Source: Octopus sinensis (Eukaryota). Taken from it: DNA of 64,000 nucleotides. Below the pieces are notes generated by a model. That model searched no databases and was not told the DNA's origin. It saw only the letters and a list, made by a program, of their open reading frames with translations. Below are positions 12,141-26,320 of this stretch, in pieces. The position numbers were made by a program, and so were the translations under genes. The DNA is taken from the NCBI RefSeq assembly GCF_006345805.1, contig NC_042999.1:11780001-11844000 (forward strand), given 5' to 3'. How positions within the stretch are numbered: the first letter of the stretch is position 1; every line of letters starts with the position of its first letter.

Positions 12141-13294
12141 TGATCGTTCTCCTCTGGTCTTTCAGGATTTCCAGGCTGGTTCTCCATTGATATTTTTGCT
12201 TCTCAAAAACTCTGTGCCTGATGATGGCCATAGCACTTGACACCCGCACTGCAACCACTGCCATACTCCCAGGCTCCCATATGAACATAGACAGCACTGT
12301 TAGCCTTCAACAGTTCCACCTGTCAACATTGTTGCTAGCTAGAAACCATTTCATAACATGTCTCAGCCAGACATATTCCAATCATGGTAAAACTGCACTC
12401 ACTCAAAGCCATTCTAATTTCATTCCATGTTTTTACCAGAAGGATGTGGGTCACATCCTCCTCCAGAGTGTATTTCTTTTGTCTTTTATGTATTCCACAA
12501 CTCTGAACAAACATGTAAGATGGCTTCCTACCCATAATGCACCCTAACATCAAGGTATATGTCTCTCATGATCACACCACTGTTCCATCAAATATAACAA
12601 CTGTTCTGATCCAATTTGTCTAATTTAAAATCCCTCCTTTTAATTACACAATATAAAGGAATAAATTGTCAAAGAATTCAATCATGAAATCACAATCCAT
12701 TTGTTGGACAATGGTCACTTGATATCTTGTCTAATCTTTAAAATTATAGGCAGACATTCATTCAATGTAAAATTGGGAAATGGCTATAAAAACTCGAGCT
12801 TACGAAGTCTTCCTTTGCCTTGTTTAGACACATGTTTTTGCAAGGAGAATTATCGAGTCCTAAGTGATGGTATTTTCATGTTGGATAACAACAACAAAAG
12901 CTGAAAGTGAAAATCTAAGAATTTCAATAAAACATTTGAACAAAGTTATCAGATTGAGTCTTAATGTTTTTACCGAAACATTTTCTAATTAATGCTTCTT
13001 CGGTAAAACAACAGTTTATCTTTCCTTACCTCACCCCCCCACCATTGCCTTTAAGCATTTTACTTCCAAAAGCTGTTTCCTCAAGGAAAAACAACTACAA
13101 GCACAACATCAACACTATTTAATAAATTATAAGGTGATATTTTCCTCTTTGATATCATTCTGTTTCTATTTAACATTAACTATATCACTTCAACGATATC
13201 CCTCTTATATCTATTTCTCATTTTCTACTTTAAGGCTTTTCCTAATTTTAAGATATTTTATTCCTGTCGACTGAACTTCACAATTGATATCTTA

Positions 13295-13502
13295 GTCATG
13301 GCACCACGTAAAAGGCTCCTGTGCCTGTGCCATGTAAAAAGCACTCTGTAAAGTGGTTGGCATTAGATTAGGGAGGGCATCAAGCTGTAGAAACCCTGCC
13401 AAAACAAACAATTGAAACCTGGTACAATTCTCTGGCTTGCCACCTCCTGTCAAACTGTCCAACCCATGCCAGCATGGAAAACAGACGAGAAATGATGATG
13501 AT
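13295..13502 (+). mobile_element. RTE 3'-end copy
   Basis: gccatgtaaaaagcac..aacccatgccagcatggaaaacagacg..gatgatgat. Confidence 0.7.
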
Positions 13503-14419
13503 ATATATTAAGTTACTAAACAAATGATCAGTGATTCATATTTCATCTCTGATGCTGCAGAAGAGGTTTATAGCTTTTACTAGCTCAGTCCATCAAGCTG
13601 TAAATATGCACCTTAGGGTCAGTAGAGATAGCCATGAAAAACAGTAGATTATCTGTATTATAAAGGAGAGTCTTTATTTTAATTTGCAGTGATGCATCGA
13701 AGACAGTGCAGTGTAGGTAAAATGAAACCTCTCTGGTGAATCTTCCAAGTCTGCTAGAGATAGTGGAATCGGCAGGATTAGAGAATCTCATTTTCAGTGT
13801 AAAGATAGCACCAATGAGTCAACAGGAAGCTTTTGTGTGTGACTAGAGCTGCTAGAAATAACAGCCAAATATGTGCTTTTTCACAATGAATTTGTGTTTG
13901 AGATTCATTTACTCCAGAAAAAGTTTTAGAAAAATGTTTCATCATTTTTTGTACATGGTGGCTGTGATATAATGAAAGTAAACATTAGGAGACCAGGTTT
14001 AAAACAAAATGGAAACATTGCATGAGAGTCTGTACATACAGAAAGTGAGTGTCAAAGAGTTTGGCAAATATATACAAAGAGATACACACTGATGATGACT
14101 GAGAATGGGCGGCGATTTCTGTAGAAAATTTATATTTTTTATTGCCATTTATAGATGACATTGTCTGTGGGATGCAGAATTTGAAAATTAAATTCATTTT
14201 TCTTGAGGATACACCATTTCAGAGTCGTTTTGAGCTAAACATACGTACATAACCATATACACTCATAGTGTGTGTATATATATATATGTATGTACACAAC
14301 AGGCTTTTTTCAGTTTTTGTATATATGTATACATGTATTTATAATCTCCCCTTCTTTCAACCTCTCCTGTCAAATCTTTTTTCCCAACCAGTCGCCATGC
14401 TTGGCTGCTACATCCACAA

Positions 14420-14820
14420 GTTTCTTTATTCTCTTTCTGTTTATTTTCTCTTATTTCTTTCTGTTGAAGAGTGTAGGCTCGAAACGTAAAAGACTTTTTC
14501 ACTTTCCCGAGTGTCAAACAAATACACCTGCTTGTCGTTCACACACCAGTATTCGTCTTTTGTTTTTCTGTAAATTTCAACTATATATATATATATGTGT
14601 GACCCCTCTGTCTGGCATTCGCCATGATAGATCGATAGCCACTAAACCTTTTTCTATTTTCTCTCTCTGTTTATTTCTGTGTTCCTTTCTGTCGAAGAGC
14701 ATAGGCTCGAAACGTAAAAGACTTTCTCACTTCCCAAGTGTTGAACTAATATATCTGTCTGTTGTTTATGCACCCGTTTTTGTCTTTTGTTTTTTTGTAA
14801 ATTCTCACTGTATATATATG
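14420..14820 (+). repeat. Two tandem ~228-bp units resembling Penelope terminal repeats, each with a hammerhead-like motif
   Basis: ctttCTGTYGAAgagyrtaggctcGAAACGTAaaag at 14457 and 14685; each unit ends in (TA)n. Confidence 0.65.
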
Positions 14821-15064
14821 TATGTATTTGTGTGTCTGTGTTTTCCCCCCCCCCCATTGCATGATGACCAATGTTGGTGTGTTTGCATCCCTGTAACTTA
14901 GTGGTTTGGCAAAAGAGACCAATAGAATAAGTACTAGGCTTACAAGGAATAAGTCCTGGAGTTGATCTGTTCGACTAAAGGTGGTGCTCCAGCATGGCCA
15001 CAGTCAAATAACTGAAACAAGTAAAAGACTAAAAGAATATATATATATATATATATATATATAT

Positions 15065-15480
15065 CATCATAATCATCATCATCATTTAGTGTTTGCTTTC
15101 CATGCTGGCATGGGTTTGATGGTTTGAATGGAATTAATAAACTGGGGAGCTGCACCACGTTCCAGTCTGATTTGGTTTGGTTTCTGCAGCTTGATGCCCT
15201 TCCTTACACCAACTACTCCAAGGGCATAAAAGGTGCTTTTTATGTGACCGCATCAGCTGCAACTACAATTTCACTTTGTCTTCTCAAGCATGACATATTG
15301 CAAAAGATCTCGGTCACCTTCATTGCCTTCGTCAAGCCCAGCATTTGAAGATCATGCTTCGCTGACTCATCCCATGTCTTCCCATGTCTACTTCTTCCAC
15401 AGGTTCCGTCCACAGTTACAGGTCAGCACTTCTTTACACAGCTGTCCTTGTCCCATACGCATCACATGACCATACCTGCA
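15065..15480 (-). mobile_element. RTE 3' fragment
   Basis: Homologous to 10860-11630 (ctttccatgctggcatggg..catcccatgtcttcc..cacatgaccata). Confidence 0.7.
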
Positions 15481-16218
15481 CCAGTCATCTAATATGTAGG
15501 TATGTTTTAAATTTATGGAGAAATGGTTAGATTTGCCCTGTTTATGTGTTTACTACAAATGTTACATCCATGGTATGTCTGGTGGTTGGTGTTAGGAATG
15601 GCATTCAACCTTAGAATCCATGCTAAAGCTGATATTGGAACTGTCCAACTGTCCACCCCATGGCAGAATGGAAAACTGACATTTGATGATGATGATGATG
15701 ATGATGAGAATATATTATGCAAGAATCACTTTTAAGTTGATTTTATTTAAATGGTTGACGATTTCAAACAGTATTCAATCGGATTCTTAACTTAAAAAAT
15801 AGTTTTCAATTTAAAGTCAAAGGTAATGCAAATTAATGAAATGAATAAAATAATGTTGCCTGTGGTCCTAAAAAGTAATGAAATCCGTTGATTGTAGCCC
15901 AATCTGGCCACCATAATTGGGATGGTCATGCTTGAAAGCTTTTGATAAACAGGTTTGTTGAATCTGGGTCTAAACGAGAACACCAGTAACAAACCAATGG
16001 CAGCAAATAAGAACAAGAAGAAGATTAATAACAAGTTGAAATCCATTTTCCAGGTGGATGAATAAATATCATTTTTTTTCTTTCTAAAAGATTTCCTTTT
16101 ACTTCTTTCCATTCTGTCTTTATGTTCCATTGATTTCAAAGTATTTTGCTTCATGGTGTATTTCACTTGGCCGGAAGTAACGTTCTCTTGTCAGATGACA
16201 ACAGAACAATTGAGTGAC

Positions 16219-16633
16219 CACTGCCGCCGCCACCACCACCACCACCACCACTCCACCACCACCACCACCACACCACCACCACCACCCCACCACCACCAAC
16301 ACCAACACCACCACCACCACCACCTCCACCACCACCACCAACACCACCACCACCACCACCTCCACCACCACCACCACCACCACCACCTCCACCACCACCA
16401 CCACCACCACCACCACCGCCACCAACACCACCACCACCACCACCTCCTCCACCACCACCACCACCACACCACCACCACCACCACCACCAACCACCACCAC
16501 CACCAACACCACCACCACCACCACCATCACCACCACCACCACCACCACCACCTCCACCACCACCACCACCAACCACCACCACCACCACCACCACCACCAC
16601 CACCACCACCACCACCACCACCACCACCACCAC
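16219..16633. repeat. Degenerate (CAC)n microsatellite
   Basis: Directly visible; source of the poly-H/T/P/V/W/G ORFs. Confidence 0.97.
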
Positions 16634-17474
16634 TTCCACCTGGCAAAGGACAATCATATTGAATATTTAATACAGAACCATCATCACCATTTAATGTTAG
16701 ATGGTTTGAGAGGATCTGGCAAGGCTGAGAGCTTTGTGGTCTGCTTTGGCTTGGATTCTACAACTGGATGCCCTTCCTAATGCCAACCACTTTACAGAGT
16801 GTACTGGGTGCTTTTTATGTGGTACCAGTACCTGCAGAGTGACCGAGTACCTTGTGAGGCAAAGACACCTCAACCTGTAGTATTGAGGAAGGTGGTTTTG
16901 TACCAGTTGATGAGGGGTTAATGTATGATGGAGGGATAGAGGTAAGTGTCTTGCTGAAGAGGAGACATGTGGTCACTCCAGTCTCAAAAGAAAGAAGGAG
17001 GGAGAGAGAGAAAGAGAGAGAGAGAGAGGTGAGATTAGAGAGATTAAAGCAAGAGGAGACAGAGATGTTGGTGGTGGAGATGGGTCAGGACATACCCTGA
17101 AGGTAGAGTGGGGAGGGGGTGAAATTAAGTGAAGTGGGATTGGACAGGGTGAGTGGGTGGGGGCGAGGAAGTTTCATAAGACTGTAAGGAAAGATGGTTA
17201 GAGACTATATTTCAGACATGGAATATAAATGAGAAGAAGCTCTTTTAATGGTGAACCATTTTGTTTAAAGCCATTTAAACTTGAGTAGCTTGTCTCTAAA
17301 TGCCAAATATATGATGCAGGCCTACACACACACAGAGGTAACTACAGTTTAAGTAAAGGATAAACTTAACAAAGACTTGGAGGGTGGAGGTTAAAGAAGC
17401 AGAAGGTGTACGTACCCAGGTGTGTGTGTGTGTGCATATGTATTTATATACCGTTTAATATTAATGCTGACTGT

Positions 17475-17693
17475 AGGGTGGTGAGCTGGCAGAATCGTTC
17501 GCACGCCAGGCATAATGTTTAGTGGCATTTTGTCTGTGTTTATATTCTCAATTCAAATTCCGCCACAGTTGACTTAACTTTTCATCATTTCAGGGTCAAC
17601 AAAATAAGTACCAGTCGAGTACTGGGGCCGATTTAATCAACTTCCACCTCACACCTCTCCACCTCTGAATCACTGGCCAAAATCTGAAACCAA
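17475..17693 (+). mobile_element. tRNA-derived SINE (family A, the family that hosts the satellite)
   Basis: ggtggtgagctggcagaatcgtt (A box)..ttcaaattccgcc (B box)..aaaataagtaccag; other copies at ~21530-21621(-), 25620-25780(-), 26320-26540(-) and 41465-41685(+). Confidence 0.75.
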
Positions 17694-17757
17694 TGGTGAA
17701 AGTGCAGTTCTGAAGTTATCCATTATTTGAATTTGACAGGAAACACTCTAGCATGCA

Positions 17758-17843
<86 letters not shown>

Positions 17844-17846
<3 letters not shown>

Positions 17847-18244
17847 CGCAGGAGTGGCTGTGTGGTAAGTAGCTTGCTAACCAACCACATGGTTCTGGGT
17901 TCAGTCCCACTGCGTGGCATCTTGGGCAAGTGTCTTCTGCTATAGCCCCGAGCCGACCAATGCCTTGTGAGTGGATTTGGTAGATGGAAACTGAAAGAAG
18001 CCTGTCGTATATATGTATATATATATGTGTGTGTGTATGTGTTTGTGTGTCTATGTTTGTCCCCCTAGCATTGCTTGACAACCGATGCTGGTGTGTTTAC
18101 TGTCACTTAGCGGTTCGGCAAAAGAGACCGATAGAATAAGTACTGGGCTTACAAAGAATAAGTCCCGGAGTCGATTTGCTCGACTAAAGGTGGTGCTCCA
18201 GCATGGCCGCAGTCAAATGACTGAAACAAGTAAAAGAGTAAAGA

Positions 18245-18245
<1 letters not shown>
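17844..18245 (+). mobile_element. tRNA-derived CORE-type SINE (family B), near full length
   Basis: gtggctgtgtggt A box, gggttcagtccc B box, cttgggcaagtgtc core; partial copies at ~9845, 14840, 19350(-), 28750, 40015, 47405, 49710(-) and 50700(-). Confidence 0.8.
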
Positions 18246-18280
<35 letters not shown>

Positions 18281-18389
18281 TAGTAATGCAATACTAGAGT
18301 ATTGCTTTCCAGTAAAGAATAGCCCGTGAGGGAAAAATATACAAAGAAGTAAATATCGGTACTTCGTTGTGCCATATATTTACTTCTTT

Positions 18390-18416
18390 GTATATATATA
18401 TATATATATATATATC

Positions 18417-18447
<31 letters not shown>

Positions 18448-18474
18448 GTATATATATATATATATATTATATAT

Positions 18475-18520
<46 letters not shown>

Positions 18521-18554
18521 ATATATGTGTGTGTGTGTATATATATATATATAT

Positions 18555-18612
<58 letters not shown>
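18390..18612. repeat. Degenerate (TA)n microsatellite
   Basis: Directly visible. Confidence 0.95.
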
Positions 18613-18613
<1 letters not shown>

Positions 18614-18619
18614 ACTTAG

Positions 18620-18980
18620 ATAACTTGGATATGTTTCGACCAAAGATTGGTCCAGGCCATGTCTAACTTAATAGCACCACCTGATAGGATTATTCGAATC
18701 CTGTTTAAGTCAAGTTTTGTTCAAGTAGTGAGTTCTTGTTGGTTGAGTTGTATCCAATTATGGGTGGCTTATCTGGTATTCTTTGAAGCAATCTATCCAG
18801 ATTCCGTTTAAAGTTGATGGGATCCTTTTTCTCTTTGATCTCCCTCGGGAAAATGTTAAATAGGGCAGGGCCTGTTGAGGAAAAGAAATTATGTTGCAGT
18901 GTACATGTATGCTGTGATTTTGAATTGGGCAGGGGACGTATGGCCCATGGTCCCAGTCTTGGATGAACCTTGAAGCTAAT
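18620..18980 (-). mobile_element. CR1-like LINE 3' fragment
   Basis: HNFFSSTGPALFNIFP..FKRNLDRLLQRIPDKP..NSLLE, typical of a CR1 ORF2 C-terminus. Confidence 0.7.
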
Positions 18981-19810
18981 GTTATATATATATATAATAT
19001 ATATGTATGTATGTATATATAATACAGACTCAGACACACAAGACCAGGAGTGAAAAAGTGTCAAACCTCACTCCTGTTTACAAAAGTTGAAATCTAAAAC
19101 TATTTGTTGTGCTATTGTGAGTGATTTGTGTCATTGGTCACCAAGGTTTACAGCTTAAAGATGATTAGTATCTTTGATCACAGATTGATATCATATAGAT
19201 TATGTTTGATAGATTATAGATTTTAGTGTTTCATGATGCGAATATATACAAACAAAAGGATTGTGTATGTGTGTGTGTGTGTGTGCGTGTGTGTGTGTGT
19301 GTCCCAATTAAAAGAGGCTGAAGCACTTTCACACACACACACACACATTGGGAATTTCTGCCAACCAAATTCAGTCATGATGCTTTGGTTGGCATGAGGG
19401 TAGAGCAGTAGACCCTTGTCCAAGATGTCACACAGTGTGACTGAACCTGAAACCATGTGGTTGGGAAGCAAGCACACACACACACACACACGTGTATCCA
19501 CCCCCACTCTTCCTCATAGGTTAACTAATTGACCAGCAGCTGTATACAGGGTGCAGCAAAAACCCGTCCCTTATTCCCCATTCTTTGTTAAACATTTTAA
19601 CAAAACATCACACAACATGCATCAATCCAAAACCATCATTAATAAAAAAGAAAATGATGCTAAAACATTAGCGACAGAAAGACTTCATTATCACCTGCTC
19701 AGCTTCCTTGGTGCCACACAAGTGGCTGTGTAAAATATGGCAGGCTTTTCTGACGCACTCTAAACAACACCTGAGTTAAGTTCAGTCGTTTTCTTGAACA
19801 ATACAATATC

Positions 19811-19878
<68 letters not shown>

Positions 19879-20311
19879 CATTCTCTCTCCCTCCATCTTT
19901 ACCTCTATTTTTAAATTTCCAATGTTAAAGAAGGAAATGATGCAGAATTCCTCCAAAAAAGGTTTTAAATTTACGTTTTAGTCAGAAGGGGTCACTTTCC
20001 TCACCTGTTTGTGCTGTACTAAGTAACCCAACCTTTAACATATATCAGCTAACAATGAGTGATTCGTGCATGTGAGTTTAAAGGGGAGGGGCCAGTTAAA
20101 TGATCAATAAAGAAAAAGAGTAAGGTATATTTGTAAGGGGAATGTTTAAAGGGGACAGTAAGGGAACCGAAAGAAGTGTGTGTTTGGAGAATGAGGTGAA
20201 GTAAATGGGGGTGGAGAAGTACATGTATCCCTTACTGCAGACATCTTGGATGGAATTTCATAGCAACTGAACTGTTTAATAGAGGGCTCTATCTGGTGTC
20301 AGTTTTGTAAC

Positions 20312-20354
<43 letters not shown>

Positions 20355-20734
20355 ACACACACACATACACACATGCTCTTGTATATCAAGAATACATGGA
20401 TGTTCACTTCATTTGTCTTTATAACTTCACATGCGCACATCTACATATATACATATCCATCTGTACACACACACACATGCACACATATATAGGTCATCTC
20501 ACTAACTGACCTTATACCCACAAATAGACACTTATGAGTTCTTCTCTCTTCGATACACACACACATACATTCTATGTACTCTTACTTCTACCACCAACAC
20601 ACCTCTCTCTATATCTCTCTTTGGAAGCAAATATCACCATCTCTGCCTTGCTCTTTTCACAATACTGTTTTTATCTTCCTCTTACACACATTGAGAGAAT
20701 GTATCCCTGATCCTGTCATTTTGATGAGTACTGC

Positions 20735-20780
<46 letters not shown>

Positions 20781-21621
20781 ATACATGTGCATGTATATAT
20801 ATATTTATACGTTCAGAGATTTATTAATAATAATACTGTTAAGAAGAAAAAGAAAATGCAATATAATAGTGTCTTAGCTGCTAATTTACTGATCAATTTC
20901 ATGCCAGAAGTTGAGACAGATAGGTAGACAGATAGATAGGCAGAGACACAGACAGACAGGCACACACACACACACGGATAGATAGATGGATAGATAAATA
21001 GATACAGGTCTACTCACCACCGTACACCACCCATATTGTCTTGTATATTAAAGTAGCAGTAAGTAAGCAAGGTCATCATGCTTGTAAATGGTTTACGTAA
21101 ACAAGTTTTAAGAGAGCTGACAGCCGTCTCTATTTGCCTCTCATTTTAATAAGATTCCTCTGAAACACTCTGAAACATTCGTGTTTGACATTTAACCAAG
21201 ATATCTTCTTATCATTGGGTTTCAATAATTCTGAAGAAGTAGAAACAGGATTCTAAGAACAGTGGCGTAAGCAGCGGATCTAACTTTTGGTTTTCTCTAT
21301 GAACTTTTTGTTGTTTTTTCCTGATTCTTCTCACTGTCAGTAATAATAATAACAACAACAACAGCAACAACAAAAACAACGACAACGATGATGATGATAA
21401 TAATAATAATAAAAATAATAATAATAATAAGAGGAGGAGTCTGCACCACGCTAATCGCCACAGATATAAGAACACAATGCCAGGCACACATCCCAGAAGC
21501 ATGAAGGTGCTCCAGGAGGCTGAGTGAACCTCAGTGGAATTTGAACTCAGAATGTAAAGCTGCAAGAAATGCCATTGAGCATTTTGCCTGGCATTCTAAC
21601 AATTCTGCCAGCACACCACCT

Positions 21622-21944
21622 TAATAATAATAATAATAAAAATAATAATAATAATAATAAATAATAATAATAAATAATAATAATAAATAATAATAATAAA
21701 TAATAATAATGAATAATAATAATAATATAATAATAATAAATAAATAATAATAATAATTAATAATAATAATAATAAATAATAAATAATATATAATAATATA
21801 ATAATAATGATAATAATAATAATAAATACTAATAAATAATAATGATAATAATAATAATAATAATAAATAATAATAATAATAATATTATTAAATAATAATA
21901 ATATAATAATAATAAATAATAAATAAATAATAATGATAATAATA

Positions 21945-21978
<34 letters not shown>

Positions 21979-22363
21979 GATAATAATAATAATAATGATA
22001 ATAATAATAAATAATAATAATAATAATTATAATAATAAATAATAATAATAATAATAATAATAACAATAATAATAATAATAATAATAAATAATAATAATAA
22101 ATAATAATAATGATAATAATAATAAATAATAATAATAATAATAGATAATAATAATAATAATAATAATAAATAATAATAATAATAATAAATAATAATAATA
22201 ATAATAAATAATAATAATAATAATAATAAATAATAATAATAATAATAATAATAATACTAATAAAAATAATAAATAATAATAATAAAAAATAATAATAATA
22301 ATGATAATAATAATAATAAATACTAATAAATAAGAATGATAATAAATAATAATAATAATAATA

Positions 22364-22395
<32 letters not shown>

Positions 22396-22537
22396 GTAAT
22401 AAATAATAATAATAAATAATAATAATGATAATAATAATAAATAATAATAATAATAAATAATAATAATAAATAATAATAATAATAATAAATAATAATAATG
22501 ATAATAATAATAATAAATAATAATAATAATAATAATA

Positions 22538-22576
<39 letters not shown>

Positions 22577-22875
22577 TAATAATAAATAATAATAATAATA
22601 ATGGTAATAATAATAATAAATACTAATAAATAATAATGATAATAAATAATAATAATAAAAATAAATAATAATAATGATAATAATAATAATAAATAATAAA
22701 TAATAATAATAAAAAATAATAATGATATAATAATAAATAATAATAATAATAATAAATAATAATAATGATAATAATAATAATAAATAATAATAATAATAAT
22801 AAATAATAATAATAATAATAATTAATAATAATAATAATAATAATATAATAATAATAATAATAAATAATAATAATA

Positions 22876-22906
<31 letters not shown>

Positions 22907-23470
22907 TAATAAATGATAATAATAATAATAATAATGATGATAATAATAATAATAATAATAAATAATAATAATAATAAAAATAATAATAATAATAATAAAT
23001 AATAATAATAATAAAATAATAATAATAATAATAATAATAAATAATAATAATAATAAATAATAATATAATAATAATAATAATGATAATAATAAATAATAAT
23101 AATAATAATAAAAATAATAATAATGATAATAATAATAATAATGATAATAATAATAATAATAATATAATAATATGATAATAATAAATAATAATAATGATAA
23201 ATAATAATAATAATAAATAATAATAAATAATAATAAAAATAATATAATAATGATAATAAAAATAATAATAATAATAATAAATAATATAATAATAATAATA
23301 ATAGTAATAATAATAAATAATAATAATAATAATAAATAATAATGATAATAATATAATAATAATAATAATAATTAATAATAATAATAGTAATAATAATAAT
23401 AAATAATAATAAATAATAATAATAATAAATAATAATAATAATAAATAATAAAATAATAATAAATAATAAT

Positions 23471-23523
<53 letters not shown>

Positions 23524-23565
23524 TAATAATAATAATAATAATAAATAATAATAATAATAATAATA

Positions 23566-23610
<45 letters not shown>

Positions 23611-23650
23611 TAATAATAATAATAATAATAAATAATAAATAATAATAATA

Positions 23651-23696
<46 letters not shown>

Positions 23697-23736
23697 TAAT
23701 AATAATAATAAAAATAATAATAATAATAATATAATA

Positions 23737-23767
<31 letters not shown>

Positions 23768-23880
23768 TATAATAATAATAATAATAATAAATAATAACAA
23801 TGATAATAATAATAATAATGATGATGATAATAATAATAAAATAATAATAAATAATAATAATAATAAATAATAATAATAAT

Positions 23881-23927
<47 letters not shown>

Positions 23928-23948
23928 ATGATAATAATAATATATAAT

Positions 23949-23987
<39 letters not shown>

Positions 23988-24039
23988 TAATAATAATAAT
24001 AATAATAATGATAATAATAATATAATAATAATAATAATG

Positions 24040-24080
<41 letters not shown>

Positions 24081-24408
24081 TATGATATAATAATAATAAT
24101 AATAATAATAAATAATAATATATGATAATAATAATAATGATAATAATAATAATAATAATAATAATAATATATAATAATAATAATAATATAATAATAATAA
24201 TAATATTAATAATAATAATAATGATAATAATAATAAATAATAATTATAATAATAATAATAATAATAAATAATAATAATAATGAATGATAATAATAATATA
24301 TAATTATAATAATAATAATAATAATATAATAATAATAATAATAATAATAAATAATAGTAATAATAATAATAATAATAATAAATAATAATATTAATAATAA
24401 TAATAATG

Positions 24409-24461
<53 letters not shown>

Positions 24462-24488
24462 TATGATATAATAATAATAATAATAATA

Positions 24489-24519
<31 letters not shown>

Positions 24520-24602
24520 GATAATAATAATAATAAATAATAATAATAAATAATAATAATAATAATAATAAATAATAATAATAATAAATGATAATAATAA
24601 TA

Positions 24603-24635
<33 letters not shown>

Positions 24636-24748
24636 TAATAATAATAATAATAATTATAATAATAATAATAATAATTATGATAATAATAATGATAATAATA
24701 ATAATAATAATAATAATAATTATGATAATAATAATAATAATAATAATA

Positions 24749-24781
<33 letters not shown>

Positions 24782-24899
24782 CAGTAATAATAATAATAAA
24801 TAATAATAACAACAACAACAACAACAACAACAACAATTACAATAATAATAATAATAATAAAAATAATAATAATAATAATAAATAATGATAATAATAATG
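21622..24899. repeat. ~3.3-kb degenerate (AAT)n microsatellite
   Basis: Directly visible, with many single-base indels and GAT/AAC variants. Confidence 0.98.
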
Positions 24900-25490
24900 A
24901 CTAGACACCACTACTGACAGTGACAGGGCCAACTATGTGAAGTACAGAATAGACAATGCTACCGATAGTGCCAACTGCAGAATGTGTGGTGAGAGGGATG
25001 AAACGGTATCGCAGATTGTTAGCGAATGCCTGAAACTGGCAGAACATGAATACTAAAGGATTGCATGACATTGTCACAAGAATGAAGCATTGGGGATTCT
25101 GTGTGGAAAGCAGAGCCTAGAAAGGGCCAAGATGTGGTATGAGGAAATATCAAGAGGGAGTGACCAGGAATGAGAATTGCAAAGTCCTGTGGGATGCAAG
25201 GATTCAGCATGATCACCTGAACAGACATTGGAAAGCAGACATTGTTGTGGTAAAGAAAAGACAGAAAGAACATGCATGATAATTGAGATGATAATTGCCC
25301 AGGTGAGAAGAGGATCAATGGGAAAGAAGAAGAAGAAGAAGAGAAAATAAACAATTATGATGATTTGAAGTGGGAAATACGAAGGTTGTGGTCAACGAGG
25401 AGAGTAGACGTGAAGTATCAGTGCTCAACTACCAACATAGCTGAAAAAGATCAGTGCAAGAATTCTTCACAAGGTTCTTGAAGCTTGACC
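24900..25490 (+). mobile_element. R4/Dong-clade LINE 3' fragment (CCHC finger plus restriction-like endonuclease)
   Basis: NYVKYRID..CRMCGERDETVSQIVSECLKLAEHEY..HD..W..WYE..ENCKVLWD..DIVVV, frameshifted. Confidence 0.8.
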
Positions 25491-25849
25491 AATAAACAAA
25501 ATTTGGCCAAACTATTATTATTATTATTATTATTTGATGAAAATTCACAGTTTATTTTGCTGGGTGTGATGGAAAATGTCTGCTGTCTACAGGCAGCAGA
25601 CCAAGGTGACACTTGTTTACATTGATCCCAGTGTACAACTGGTACTTATTTTATCAACCCCGAAAGGATGAAAGGTAAAAGTTGACCTTGGTGGAATTTG
25701 AACTCAGCATGGATTGACAGGCGAAATACCAGTAAGTATTTTGTCCAGCGTGCTAATGATTCTGCCGCTCACCACCCTAAAGAAGTTGCCAGCAGCCAGA
25801 GGAATAATAATAAAAATAATAATAATAATAATTATGATAATAACAAACT

Positions 25850-26320
25850 GATAAGAGCATCCTGTATAATCACAATATTGCGGCAAAAGAATTTGACAAA
25901 CTCAGAAAGTATAAAGATTTGTTCATTAAAGTAAAAAAAAAAAAATGTGACATTTCAAGGCAGTTACAATAGCAGTAATTGCTTGAGCATTTTGAACGAT
26001 CAAAAAAGGAATTGGAAATTATTTGAATATGATCTTTGACTTTCTGTTCCTGCAAGAAGTGTAAAGGATTGCTTTTAACTTGTACGCCACAGTTATTAAG
26101 AAGAACATTGGCGCTGTGAGAATGATTCCAACCCATGTGAATAATTTTTTTTTTACATGACTTTATTTGATTTTGTAAATGAAGAATCTGGTGGTTTTAT
26201 TTTATTGGCCAGTCAGTGTATACAGTGAGCTTCATTGCCCTAGGTGTTGGGAAGACACTCAGCAAGAAATGGAAACAAAACTGAAGGAAGAAGAAGAAAT
26301 GCAACAACAACAAGAACAAT
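25850..26320 (+). mobile_element. Second R4/Dong-type 3' fragment
   Basis: HNIAAKEFDKLRKYKDL..AVTIAVI..TIKKG..LLRRTLAL*, resembling the RLE C-terminus. Confidence 0.6.

Noticed and set aside
16120-16780. Poly-His/Thr/Gly/Val/Trp ORFs
   Set aside because: Translation of (CAC)n in six frames.
17844-17920. tRNA gene
   Set aside because: The A/B boxes belong to a multicopy SINE head that continues into a core and tail; no convincing cloverleaf.
21596-23800. I/Y/L-rich ORFs
   Set aside because: Translation of (ATT)n.
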